Positions 11,380-22,500 of a stretch of 64,000 nucleotides of DNA are shown piece by piece (position 1 is the first letter of the stretch; every line of letters begins with the position of its first letter). The stretch is taken from positions 16,120,001 to 16,184,000 of the forward strand of contig OZ024740.1 in the NCBI GenBank assembly GCA_964016885.1, read 5' to 3'. Under the pieces are notes generated by a model. That model saw nothing but the letters and a program-made list of their open reading frames with translations, was not told the origin of the DNA and did no database searches. The stretch comes from Eledone cirrhosa (Eukaryota). The translations under genes were made by a program, and so were the position numbers.

Positions 11380-14300
11380 AGAAACTGTCAGGAGAGCTGG
11401 ACGGCAGAAGGTCTTCAGAGAAGAAACTCTCAGGAGTGCTAGACAGCAGAATGTCTTCAGAGAAGTAACTTTCGGGAGTGCTGGACAGCAGAAGGTCTTT
11501 AGAGAAGAAACTCTCAGGAGAGGTAGACAGCAGAAGTTCTTCAGAGAAGACACTGTCAGGAGAGCTCGACAGCAGATGGTCTTCAGAGAAGAAACATTCA
11601 GGCGAGCTGGACAGCAGAAGGTCTTCAGAGAAGAAACTCAGGAGAGCTGGACAGCAGAAGGTCTTCAGAGAAGAAACTCTGAGGAGAGCTGGACAGCAGA
11701 AGGTCTTCAGAGAAGAAACTCTGAGGAGTGCTGTACAGTAGGTCTTCAGAGAAGAAACTCTCAGGAGAGCTGGACAGCAGAAGGTCTTCAGAGAAGAAAC
11801 TCTCAGGAGAGCTAGACAGCAGAAGGTCTTCAGAGGAGAAACTCTCAGGAGAGATAGACATAAGAAGGTCTTCAGAGAAGAAACTCTCAGGAGAGCTGGA
11901 CAGCAGAAGGTCTTCAGAGAAGAAACTCTCAGGAGAGCTGGACAGCAGAAGGTCTTCAGAGAAGAAACTGTCAGGACAGCTGGACAGCGGAAGGTCTTTA
12001 GAGAAGAAACTCTCAGGAGAGCTGAACAGCAGAAGGTCTTCAGAGAAGAAACTCTCGGGAGAGCTGGACAGCAGGTCTTTAGAGAAGAAACTCTCAGGAG
12101 AGCTGAACAGCAGTAGGTCTTCAGAGAAGAAACTGTCATGAGAGCTGGACAGCAGAAGGTCTTTAGCGAAGAAAATGTCAGGAGAGCTGGACAGCAGAAG
12201 GTTTTTAGAGAATAAACTCTCAGGAGAGCTGGACAGCAGAGGGTCTTCAGAGAAGAAACTCTTAGGAGAGCTGGACAGCAGAAGGTCTTCAGAAAAGAAT
12301 CTCTCATCTGAGCTGGACAGCAGAAGGTCTTCAGAGAAGAAACTCAGGAGAGCTAGACAGCAGAATGTCTTCAGAGAAGAAACTCTCGGGAGTGCTGGAC
12401 AGCAGAAGGTCTTTAGAGAAGGAACTCTCAGGAGAGCTAGACAGCAGAAGGTCTTCAGAGAAGAAACTCTCAGGAGAGATGGACAGCAGGAGGTCTTCAG
12501 AGAAGAAACTCTCGGGAGAGTTGGACAGCAGAAGGTCTTCAGAGAAGATCCTCTCAGGAGAGCTGGATAGCAGAAGGTCTTCAGAGAAGAAACTCTCAGG
12601 AGAGCTGAACAAAAGAAGGTCTTCAGAGAAGAAACTCTCGGGAGAGCTGGACAGCAGGTCTTTAGAGAAGAAACTCTCAGGAGAGCTAGACAGCACAAGG
12701 TCTTCAGAGAATAAACTGTTATGAGAGCTGGACAGCAGAAGGTCCTCAGAGAAGAAACTCTCAGGAGAGCTAGACAGCAGAAGGTCTTCAGAGGAGAAAC
12801 TCTCAGGAGAGATAGACATCAGAAGGTTTTCAGAGAAGAATCTCTCAGGAGAGCTGGACAGCAGAATGTCTTCAGAGAAGAAACTCTCAGGAGAGCTGGA
12901 CAGCAGAAGGTCTTCAGAAAAGAATCTCTCATCTGAGCTGGACAGCAGAAGGTCTTCAGAGAAGAAACTCAGGAGAGCTAAACAGCAGAATGTCTTCAGA
13001 GAAGAATCTCTCGGGAGTGCTGGACAGCAGGTCTTTAGAGAAGGAACTCTCAGGAGAGCTAGACAGCAGAAGGTCTTCAGAGAAGAAACTCTCAGGAGAG
13101 ATGGACAGCAGAAGGTCTTCAAAGAAGAAGCTCTCGGGAGAGTTGGACAGCAGAAGGTCTTCAGAGAAGAAACTCTCAGGAGAGCTAGACAGCAGAAGCT
13201 CTTTAGAGAAGAAACTCTCAGGAGAGCTGGACAGCAGAAAGTCTTCAGAGAAGAAACTCTCAGGAGAGCTGGATAACAGAAGGTCTTCAGAGAAGAAACT
13301 CTTGGGAGAGCTGGACAGCAGAAGGTCTTCAGAGAAGAAACTGTCAGGAGACCTGGACAGCAGAAGGTCTTTAGAGAAGAAACTCTCAGGAGAGCTGGCC
13401 AGCAGGAGGTCTTCAGAGAAGAAACTGTCAGGAGGGCTGGACAGCAGAAGGTCTTCACAGAAGAAACTCTCAGTAGAGCTAGACATCAGAAGGTCTTCAG
13501 AGATGAAACTGTCAGGAGAGCTGGACAGTAGGTCTTCAGAGAAGAAACTCTCGGGAGAGCTGGACAGCAGAAGGTCTTTAGAGAAGAAACTCTCAGGAGA
13601 GCTGGACAGTAGAAGGTCTTTAGAGAAGAAGCTCTCAGGAGAGCTGGACAGCAGAAGGTCTTCAGAGAAGAAACTCTCAGGAGAGCTGGACAGCAGAAGG
13701 TCTTCAGAAAAGAATCTCTCATGAGAGCTGGACAGCAGAAGGTCTTCAGAGAAGAAACTCTCGGGAGAGCTGGACAGCAGAAGGTCTTTAGAGAAGGAAC
13801 TCTCAGGAGAGCTAGAAATCAGAAGGTCTTCAGAGAAGAAACTCTCAGGAGAGATGGACAGCAGAAGGTCTTCAGAGAAGAAGCTCTCGGGAGTGTTGAA
13901 CAACAGAAGGTCTTCAGAGAAGAACCTCTCAGGAGAGATGGACAGCAGCAGGTCTTCAGAGAAGAAACTCTCAGGAGAGCTATACAGCAGAAGGTCTTCA
14001 GAGGAGAAACTCTCAGGAGAGATAGACATCAGAAGGTCTTCAGAGAAGAAACTCTCAGGAGAGTTGGACAGCAGAAGGTCTTCAGAGAAGAAACTCTCAG
14101 GAGAGCTGGACAGCAGAAGGTCTTCAGAGAAGAAACTCTTAGGAGAGATAGACAGCAGAAGGTCTTCAGATAAGAAACTCTCAGGAGAGATGGACAGCAG
14201 AAGGTCTTCAGAGAAGAAATTCTCAGGAGAGCTGGACAGCAGAAGATCCTCAGAGAAGAAACTGTCAGGAGAGCTGGACGGCAGAAGGTCTTCAGAGAAG

Positions 14301-15100
14301 AAACTCTCAGGAGAGCTAGACAGCAGAATGTCTTCAGAGAAGTAACTTTCGGGAGTGCTGGACAGCAGAATGTCTTTAGAGAAGAAACTCTCAGGAGAGG
14401 TAGACAGCAGAAGGTCTTCAGAGAAGACACTGTCAGGAGAGCTGGACAGCAGATGGTCTTCAGAGAAGAAACATTCAGGCGAGCTGGACAGCAGAAGGTC
14501 TTCAGAGAAGAAACTCATGAGAGCTGGACTGCAGAAGGCCTTCAGAGAAGAAACTCTGAGGAGAGCTGGACAGCAGAAGGTCTTCAGAGAAGAAACTCTG
14601 AGGAGAGCTGTACAGTAGGTCTTCAGAGAAGAAACTCTCAGGAGAGCTGGACAGCAGAAGTTCTTCAGAGAAGAAACTCTCAGGAGAGCTAGACAGCAGA
14701 AGGTCTTCAGAGGAGAAACTCTCAGGAGAGATAGACATCAGAAGGTCTTCAGAGAAGAAACTCTCAGGAGAGCTGGACAGCAGAAGGTCTTCAGAGAAGA
14801 AACTGTCAGGACAGCTGGACAGCGGAAGGTCTTTAGAGAAGAAACTCTCAGGAGAGCTGAACAGCAGAAGGTCTTCAGAGAAGAAACTCTCGGGAGAGCT
14901 GGACAGCAGGTCTTTAGAGAAGAAACTCTCAGGAGAGCTAGACAGCAGAAGGTCTTCAGAGAAGAAACTGTTATGAGAGCTGGACAGCAGAAGGTCTTTA
15001 GAGAACAAACTGTCAGGAGAGCTGTACAGCAGAAGGTTTTTAGAGAAGAAACTCTCAGGAGAGCTGGACAGCAGAAGGTCTTCAGAGAAGAAACTCAGGA
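11380..15100 (+). repeat. Older non-adjacent duplication, offset 2877 bp (~11380-12200 vs ~14260-15080)
   Basis: Shared markers GGACGGC, GTAACTTT (11465/14342), GAGGTAGAC and AAACATTCAGGCG. ORF pairs 11478/14355 and 11576/14453 are offset 2877. Several substitutions separate the copies. Confidence 0.75.
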
Positions 15101-17552
15101 GAGCTAGACAGCAGAATGTCTTCAGAGAAGAAACTCTCAGGAGAGCTGTCCAGCAGGAGGTCTTCAGAGAAGAAACTGTCAGGGGGGCTGGACAGCAGAA
15201 GGTCTTCACAGAAGAAACTCTCAGTAGAGCTGGACAGTAGAAGGTCTTCAGAGATGAAACTGTCAGGAGAGCTGGACAGTAGGTCTTCAGAGAAGAATCT
15301 CTCGGGAGAGCTGGACAGCAGAAGGTCTTTAGAGAAGAAACTCTCAGGAGAGCTGGACAGTAGAAGGTCTTTAGAGAAGAAACTCTCAGGAGAGCTGGAC
15401 AGCAGAAGGTCTTCAGAGAAGAAACCGTCAGGAGAGCTGGACAGCAGAAGGTCTTTAGAGAAGAAACACTCAGGAGAGCTGGACAGCAGAAGGTCTTCAG
15501 AATACAAACTGTCATGAGAGCTGGACAGCAGAAGGTCCTCAGAGAAGAAACTCTCACGAGAGCTGGACAGCAGGAGGTCTTCAGAGAAGAAGCACGCGGG
15601 AGAGCTGGACAGCAGAAGGTCTTCAGAGAAGAAACTCGCAGGAGAACTAGACAGCAGAAGGTCTTCAGAGAAGAAACACTCAGGAGAGATGGACAGCAGA
15701 AGGTCTTCAGAGAAGAAACTCTCAGGAGATCTGCATAGCAGAAGGTCTTCAGAGAAGAAACTTTCGGGAGAGCTGGACAGCAGAAGGTCTTTAGAGAAGA
15801 AACTCTCAGGAGAGCTAGACAGCAGAAGGTCTTCAGAGAAGAAACTCTCAGGAGAGCTGGACAGCAGAAGGTCTTTAGAGAAGAAATTCTCAGGAGAGCT
15901 AGACAGCAGAAGGTCTTCAGAGAAGAAACTCTCAGGAGAGCCGGACAGCAGAAGGTCTTCAGAGAAGAAACTATCAGGAGACCTGGACAGCGAAGGTCTA
16001 TAGAGAAGAAACTCTCAGGAGAGCTGGCCAGCAGGCGGTCTTCAGAGAAGAAACAGTCAGGACGGCTGGACAGCAGAAGGTCTTCACAGAAGAAACTCTC
16101 AGTAGAGCTAGACATCAGAAGGTCTTCAGAGATGAAACTGTCAGGAGAGCTGGACAGTAGGTCTTCACGGAAGAAACTCTCGTGAGAGCTGGACAGCAGA
16201 AGGTTTCAGAGAAGAAACTCTCAGGAGAGCTGGACAGCAGAAGGTCTTCAGAAAAGAATCTCTCATGAGAGCTGGACAGCAGAAGGTCTTCAGAGAAGAA
16301 ACTCAGGAGAGCTAGACAGCAGAATGTCTTCAGAGAAGAAACTCTTGGGAGTGCTGGACAGCAGAAGGTCTTTAGAGAAGAAACTCTCAGGAGAGCTAGG
16401 AATCAGAAGGTCTTCAGAGATGAAACTCTCAGGAGAGATGGACAGCAGAAGGTCTTCAGAAAAGAAGCTCTCGGGAGAGTTGAACAACAGAAGGTCTTCA
16501 GAGAAGAAACTCTCAGGAGAGCTAGACAGCAGAAGGTCTTTAGAGAAGAAACCCTCAGGAGTGCTGGACAGCAGAAGGTCTTCAGAGAAGAAACTCTCAG
16601 GAGAGCTGGATAGCAGAAGGTCTTCAGAGAAGAAACTCTTGGGAGAGCTGGACAGCAGAAGGTCTTCAGAGAAGAAACTCTCAGGAGAGCTGTCCAGCAG
16701 GAGGTCTTCAGAGAAGAAACTGTCAGGGGGGCTGGACAGCAGAAGGTCTTGACAGAAGAAACTCTCAGTAGAGCTAGACATCAGAAGGTCTTCAGAGATG
16801 AAACTGTCAGGAGAGCTGGACAGTAGGTCTTCAGAGAAGAAACTCTCGGGAGAGCTGGACAGCAGAAGGTCTTTAGAGAAGAAACCGTCAGGAGAGCTGG
16901 ACAGCAGAAGGTCTTTAGAGAAGAAACACTCAGGAGAGCTGGACAGCAGAAGGTCTTCAGAATACAAACTGGCATGAGAGCTGGACAGCAGAAGGTCCTC
17001 AGAGAAGAAACTCTCACGAGAGCTGGACAGCAGAAGGTCTTCAGAGAAGAAGCACGCGGGAGAGCTGGACAGCAGAAGGTCTTCAGAGAAGAAACTCGCA
17101 GGAGAACTAGACAGCAGAAGGTCTTCAGAGAAGAAACTCTCAGGAGAGATAGACAGAAGAAGGTCTTCAGAGAAGAAACTCTCAGGAGAGATGGACAGCA
17201 GAAGGTCTTCAGAGAAGAAACTCTCAGGAGATCTGCATAGCAGAAGGTCTTCAGAGAAGAAACTTTCGGGAGAGCTGGACAGCAGAAGGTCTTTAGAGAA
17301 GAAACTCTCAGGAGAGCTAGACAGCAGAAGGTCTTCAGAGAAGAAACTCTCAGGAGAGCTGGACAGCAGAAGGTCTTTAGAGAAGAAATTCTCAGGAGAG
17401 CTAGACAGCAGAAGGTCTTCAGAGAAGAAACTCTCAGGAGAGCTGGACAGCAGAAGGTCTTCAGAGAAGAAACTCTCAGGAGAGCTGGACAGCAGAAGGT
17501 CTTCAGAGAAGAAACTCTCAGGAGAGCTGGACAGCAGAAGGTCTTCAGAAAT

Positions 17553-19580
17553 GAAACTCTCAGGAGAGCTAGACAGCAGAATGTCTTCAGAGAAGTAACT
17601 TTCAGGAGTGCTGGACAGCAGAAGGTCTTTAGAGAAGAAACTCTCAGGAGAGGTAGACAGAAGAAGGTCTTCAGAGAAGAAACTCTCAGGAGAGCTGGAC
17701 AGCAGAAGGTCTTCGGAGAAGAAACTCTGAGGAGAGCTGTACAGTAGGTCTTCAGAGAAGAAACTCTCAGGAGAGATGGACAGCAGAAGGTCTTCAGAGA
17801 AGAAACTCTCAGGAGAGCTAGACAGCAGAAGGTCTTCAGAGGAGAAACTCTCAGGAGAGATAGACATCAGAAGGTCTTCAGAGAAGAAACTCTCAGGAGA
17901 GCTGGACAGCAGAAGGTCTTCAGAGAAGAAACTCTTAGGAGAGCTGGACAGCAGAAGGTCTTCAGAGAAGAAACTCTTAGGAGAGATAGACAGCAGAAGG
18001 TTTTCAGATAAGAAACTCTCAGGAGAGATGGACAGCAGAAGGTCTTCAGAGAAGAAACTCTCAGGAGAGCTGGATAGCAGAAGGTCTTCAGGGAAGAAAC
18101 TTTCGGGAGAGCTGGACAGCAGAAGGTCTTTAGAGAAGAAACTCTCAGGAGAGCTAGACAGCAGAAGGTCTTCAGAGAACAAACTGTCAGGAGAGGTGGA
18201 CAGCAGAAGGTCTTTAGAGAAGAAACACTCAGGAGAGCTGGACAGCAGAAGGTCTTCAGAATACAAACTGTCATGAGAGCTGGACAGCAGAAGGTCCTCA
18301 GAGAAGAAACTCTCACGAGAGCTGGACAGCAGAAGGTCTTCAGAGAAGAAGCACGCGGGAGAGCTGGACAGCAGAAGGTCTTCAGAGAAGAAACTCGCAG
18401 GAGAGCTAGACAGCAGAAGGTCTTCAGAGAAGAAACTCTCAGGAGAGATAGACAGCAGAAGGTCTTTAGAGAAGAAACTCTTGGGAGAGCTGGACAGCAG
18501 AAGGTCTTCAGAGAAGAAACTGTCAGGAGACCTGGCCAGCAGAAGGTCTTTAGAGAAGAAACTCTCAGGAGAGCTAGACAGCAGAATGTCTTCAGAGAAG
18601 TAACTTTCAGGAGTGCTGGACAGCAGAAGGTCTTTAGAGAAGAAACTCTCAGGAGAGGTAGACAGAAGAAGGTCTTCAGAGAAGAAACTCTCAGGAGAGC
18701 TGGACAGCAGAAGGTCTTCGGAGAAGAAACTCTGAGGAGAGCTGTACAGTAGGTCTTCAGAGAAGAAACTCTCAGGAGAGATGGACAGCAGAAGGTCTTC
18801 AGAGAAGAAACTCTCAGGAGAGCTAGACAGCAGAAGGTCTTCAGAGGAGAAACTCTCAGGAGAGATAGACATCAGAAGGTCTTCAGAGAAGAAACTCTCA
18901 GGAGAGCTGGACAGCAGAAGGTCTTCAGAGAAGAAACTCTTAGGAGAGCTGGACAGCAGAAGGTCTTCAGAGAAGAAACTCTTAGGAGAGATAGACAGCA
19001 GAAGGTTTTCAGATAAGAAACTCTCAGGAGAGATGGACAGCAGAAGGTCTTCAGAGAAGAAACTCTCAGGAGAGCTGGATAGCAGAAGGTCTTCAGGGAA
19101 GAAACTTTCGGGAGAGCTGGACAGCAGAAGGTCTTTAGAGAAGAAACTCTCAGGAGAGCTAGACAGCAGAAGGTCTTCAGAGAACAAACTGTCAGGAGAG
19201 GTGGACAGCAGAAGGTCTTTAGAGAAGAAACACTCAGGAGAGCTGGACAGCAGAAGGTCTTCAGAATACAAACTGTCATGAGAGCTGGACAGCAGAAGGT
19301 CCTCAGAGAAGAAACTCTCACGAGAGCTGGACAGCAGAAGGTCTTCAGAGAAGAAGCACGCGGGAGAGCTGGACAGCAGAAGGTCTTCAGAGAAGAAACT
19401 CGCAGGAGAGCTAGACAGCAGAAGGTCTTCAGAGAAGAAACTCTCAGGAGAGATAGACAGCAGAAGGTCTTTAGAGAAGAAACTCTTGGGAGAGCTGGAC
19501 AGCAGAAGGTCTTCAGAGAAGAAACTGTCAGGAGACCTGGCCAGCAGAAGGTCTTTAGAGAAGAAACTCTCAGGAGAGCT
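17553..19580 (+). repeat. Near-perfect tandem duplication, period 1005 bp (24 monomers)
   Basis: GTAACTTTCAGGAGTG at 17595/18600; identical ORFs 17776/18781; ORF starts 18273/19278; 1005 = 24x42-3. Confidence 0.92.
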
Positions 19581-22500
19581 GGCCAGCAGGAGGTCTTCAG
19601 AGAAGAAACTGTCAGGAGGGCTGGACAGCAGAAGATCTTCACAGAAGAAACTCTCAGTAGAGCTAGACATCAGAAGGTCTTCAGAGATGAAACTGTCAGG
19701 AGAGCTGGACAGTAGGTCTTCAGAGAAGAAACTCTCGGGAGAGCTGAACAGCAGAAGGTCTTTAGAGAAGAAACTCTCAGGAGAGCTGGACAGTAGAAGG
19801 TCTTTAGAGAAGAAACTCTCAGGAGAGCTGGACAGCAGAAGGTCTTCAGAGAAGAAACCGTCAGGAGAGCTGGACAGCAGAAGGTCTTTAGAGAAGAAAC
19901 ACTCAGGAGAGCTGGACAGCAGAAGGTCTTCAGAGAAGAAACTCTTAGGAGAGATAGACAGCAGAAGGTCTTCAGATAAGAAACTCTCAGGAGAGATGGA
20001 CAGCAGAAGGTCTTCAGAGAAGAAACTCTCACAAGAGCTGGACAGCAGAAGGTCTTCAGAGAAGAAGCACGCGGGAGAGCTGGACAGCAGAAGGTCTTCA
20101 GAGAAGAAACTCGCAGGAGAACTAGACAGCAGAAGGTCTTCAGAGAAGAAACTCTCAGGAGATCTGCATAGCAGAAGGTCTTCAGAGAAGAAACTTTCGG
20201 GAGAGCTGGACAGCAGAAGGTCTTTAGAGAAGAAACTCTTAGGAGAGCTAGACAGCAGAAGGTCTTCAGAGAAGAAACTCTTAGGAGAGCTGGACAGCAG
20301 AAGGTCTTTAGAGAAGAAATTCTCAGGAGAGCTAGACAGCAGAAGGTCTTCAGAGAAGAAACTCTCAGGAGAGCTGGACAGCAGAAGGTCTTCAGAGAAG
20401 AAACTGTCAGGAGAGCTGGACGGCAGAAGGTCTTCAGAAATGAAACTCTCAGGAGAGCTAGACTGCAGAATGTCTTCAGAGAAGTAACATTCGGGAGTGC
20501 TGGACAGCAGAAGGTCTTTAGAGAAGAAACTCTCAGGAGAGGTAGACAGCAGAATGTCTTCAGAGAAGAAACTCTCAGGAGAGCTGGACAGCAGAAGGTC
20601 TTCAGAGAAGAAACTCTGAGGAGAGCTGTACAGTAGGTCTTCAGAGAAGAAACTCTCAGGAGAGATGGACAGCAGAAGGTCTTCAGAGAAGAAACTCTCA
20701 GGAGAGCTAGACAGCAGAAGGTCTTCAGAGGAGAAACTCTCAGGAGAGATAGACATCAGAAGGTCTTCAGAGAAGAAACTCTCAGGAGAGTTGGACAGCA
20801 GTAGGTCTTCAGAGAAGAAACTCTCAGGAGAGCTGGACAGCAGAAGGTCTTCAGAGAAGAAACTCTTAGGAGAGATAGACAGCAGAAGGTCTTCAGATAA
20901 GAAACTCTCAGGAGAGATGGACAGCAGAAGGTCTTCAGAGAAGAAACTGTCAGGAGAGCTGGACAGCAGAAGGTCTTTAGAGAAGAAACACTCAGGAGAG
21001 CTGGACAGCAGAAGGTCTTCAGAATACAAACTGTCATGAGAGCTGGACAGCAGAAGGTCCTCAGTGAAGAAACTCTCACGAGAGCTGGACAGCAGAAGGT
21101 CTTCAGAGAAGAACCACGCGGGAGAGCTGGACAGCAGAAGGTCTTCAGAGAAGAAACTCGAAGGAGAGCTAGACAGCAGAAGGTCTTCAGAGAAGAAACT
21201 CTCAGGAGATCTGCATAGCAGAAGGTCTTCAGAGAAGAAACTTTCGGGGGAGCTGGACAGCAGAAGGTGTTTAGAGAAGAAACTCTCAGGAGAGCTAGAC
21301 AGCAGAAGGTCTTCAGAGAAGAAACTCTCAGGAGAGCTGAACAGCAGAAGGTCTTCAGAGAAGAAACTCTCAGGAGAGCTAGACAGCAGAAGGTCTTCAG
21401 AGAAGAAACTCTCAGGAGAGCTGGACAGCAGAAGGTCTTCAGAGAAGAAACTCTCAGGAGAGCTGGACAGCAGAAGGTCTTCAGAGAAGAAACTCTCAGG
21501 AGAGCTGGACAGCGGAAGGTCTTCAGAAAAGAAACTCTCAGGAGAGCTAGACAGCAGAATGTCTTCAGAGAAGTAACTTTCGGAGTGCTGGTCAGCAGAA
21601 GGTCTTTAGAGAAGAAACTCTCAGGAGAGGTAGACAGCAGAAGGTCTTCAGAGAAGAAACTCAGAGGAGAGCTGTACAGTAGGTCTTCAGAGAAGAAACT
21701 CTCAGGAGAGATGTACAGCAGAATGTCTTCAGAGAAGAAACTCTCAGGAGAGCTAGACAGCAGAAGGTCTTCAGAGGAGAAACTCTCAGGAGACATAGAC
21801 ATCAGAAGGTCTTCAGAGAAGAAACTCTCAGGAGAGATGGACAGCAGAAGGTCTTCAGAGAAGAAACTCTCAGGAGAGCTGGACAGCAGAGGGTCTTCAG
21901 AGAAGAAACTCTTAGGAGAGATAGACAGCAGAAGGTCTTCAGATAAGAAACTCTCAGGAGAGATGGACAGCAGAAGGTCTTCAGAGAAGAAACTCTCAGG
22001 AGAGCTGGGTAGCAGAAGGTCTTCAGGGAAGAAACTTTCGGGAGAGCTGGACAGCAGAAGGTCTTTAGAGAAGAAAGTCTCAGGAGAGCTAGACAGCAGA
22101 AGGTCTTCAGAGAAGAAACTCTCAGGAGAGCTGGACAGCAGAAGGTCTTTAGAGAAGAAAGTTTCAGGAGAGCTAGACAGCAGAAGGTCTTCAGAGAAGA
22201 AACTGTCAGGAGAGCTGGACAGCAGAAGGTCTTCAGAGAAGAAACTCTCACGAGAGCTGGACAGCAGAAGGTCTTCAGAGAAGAAACTCTGAGGAGAGCT
22301 GGACAGCAGAAGGTCTTCAGAGAAGAAACTCTCAGGAGAGCTGGACAGCAGGAGGTCTTTAGAGAAGAAACGCTCAGGAGAGCTGGACAGCAGAAGGTCT
22401 TCAGAGAAGACACTGTCAGGAGAGCTGGACAGCAGATGGTCTTTAGAGAAGAAACTCTCAGGCGAGCTGGACAGCAGAAGGTCTTCAGAGAAGAAACTCA

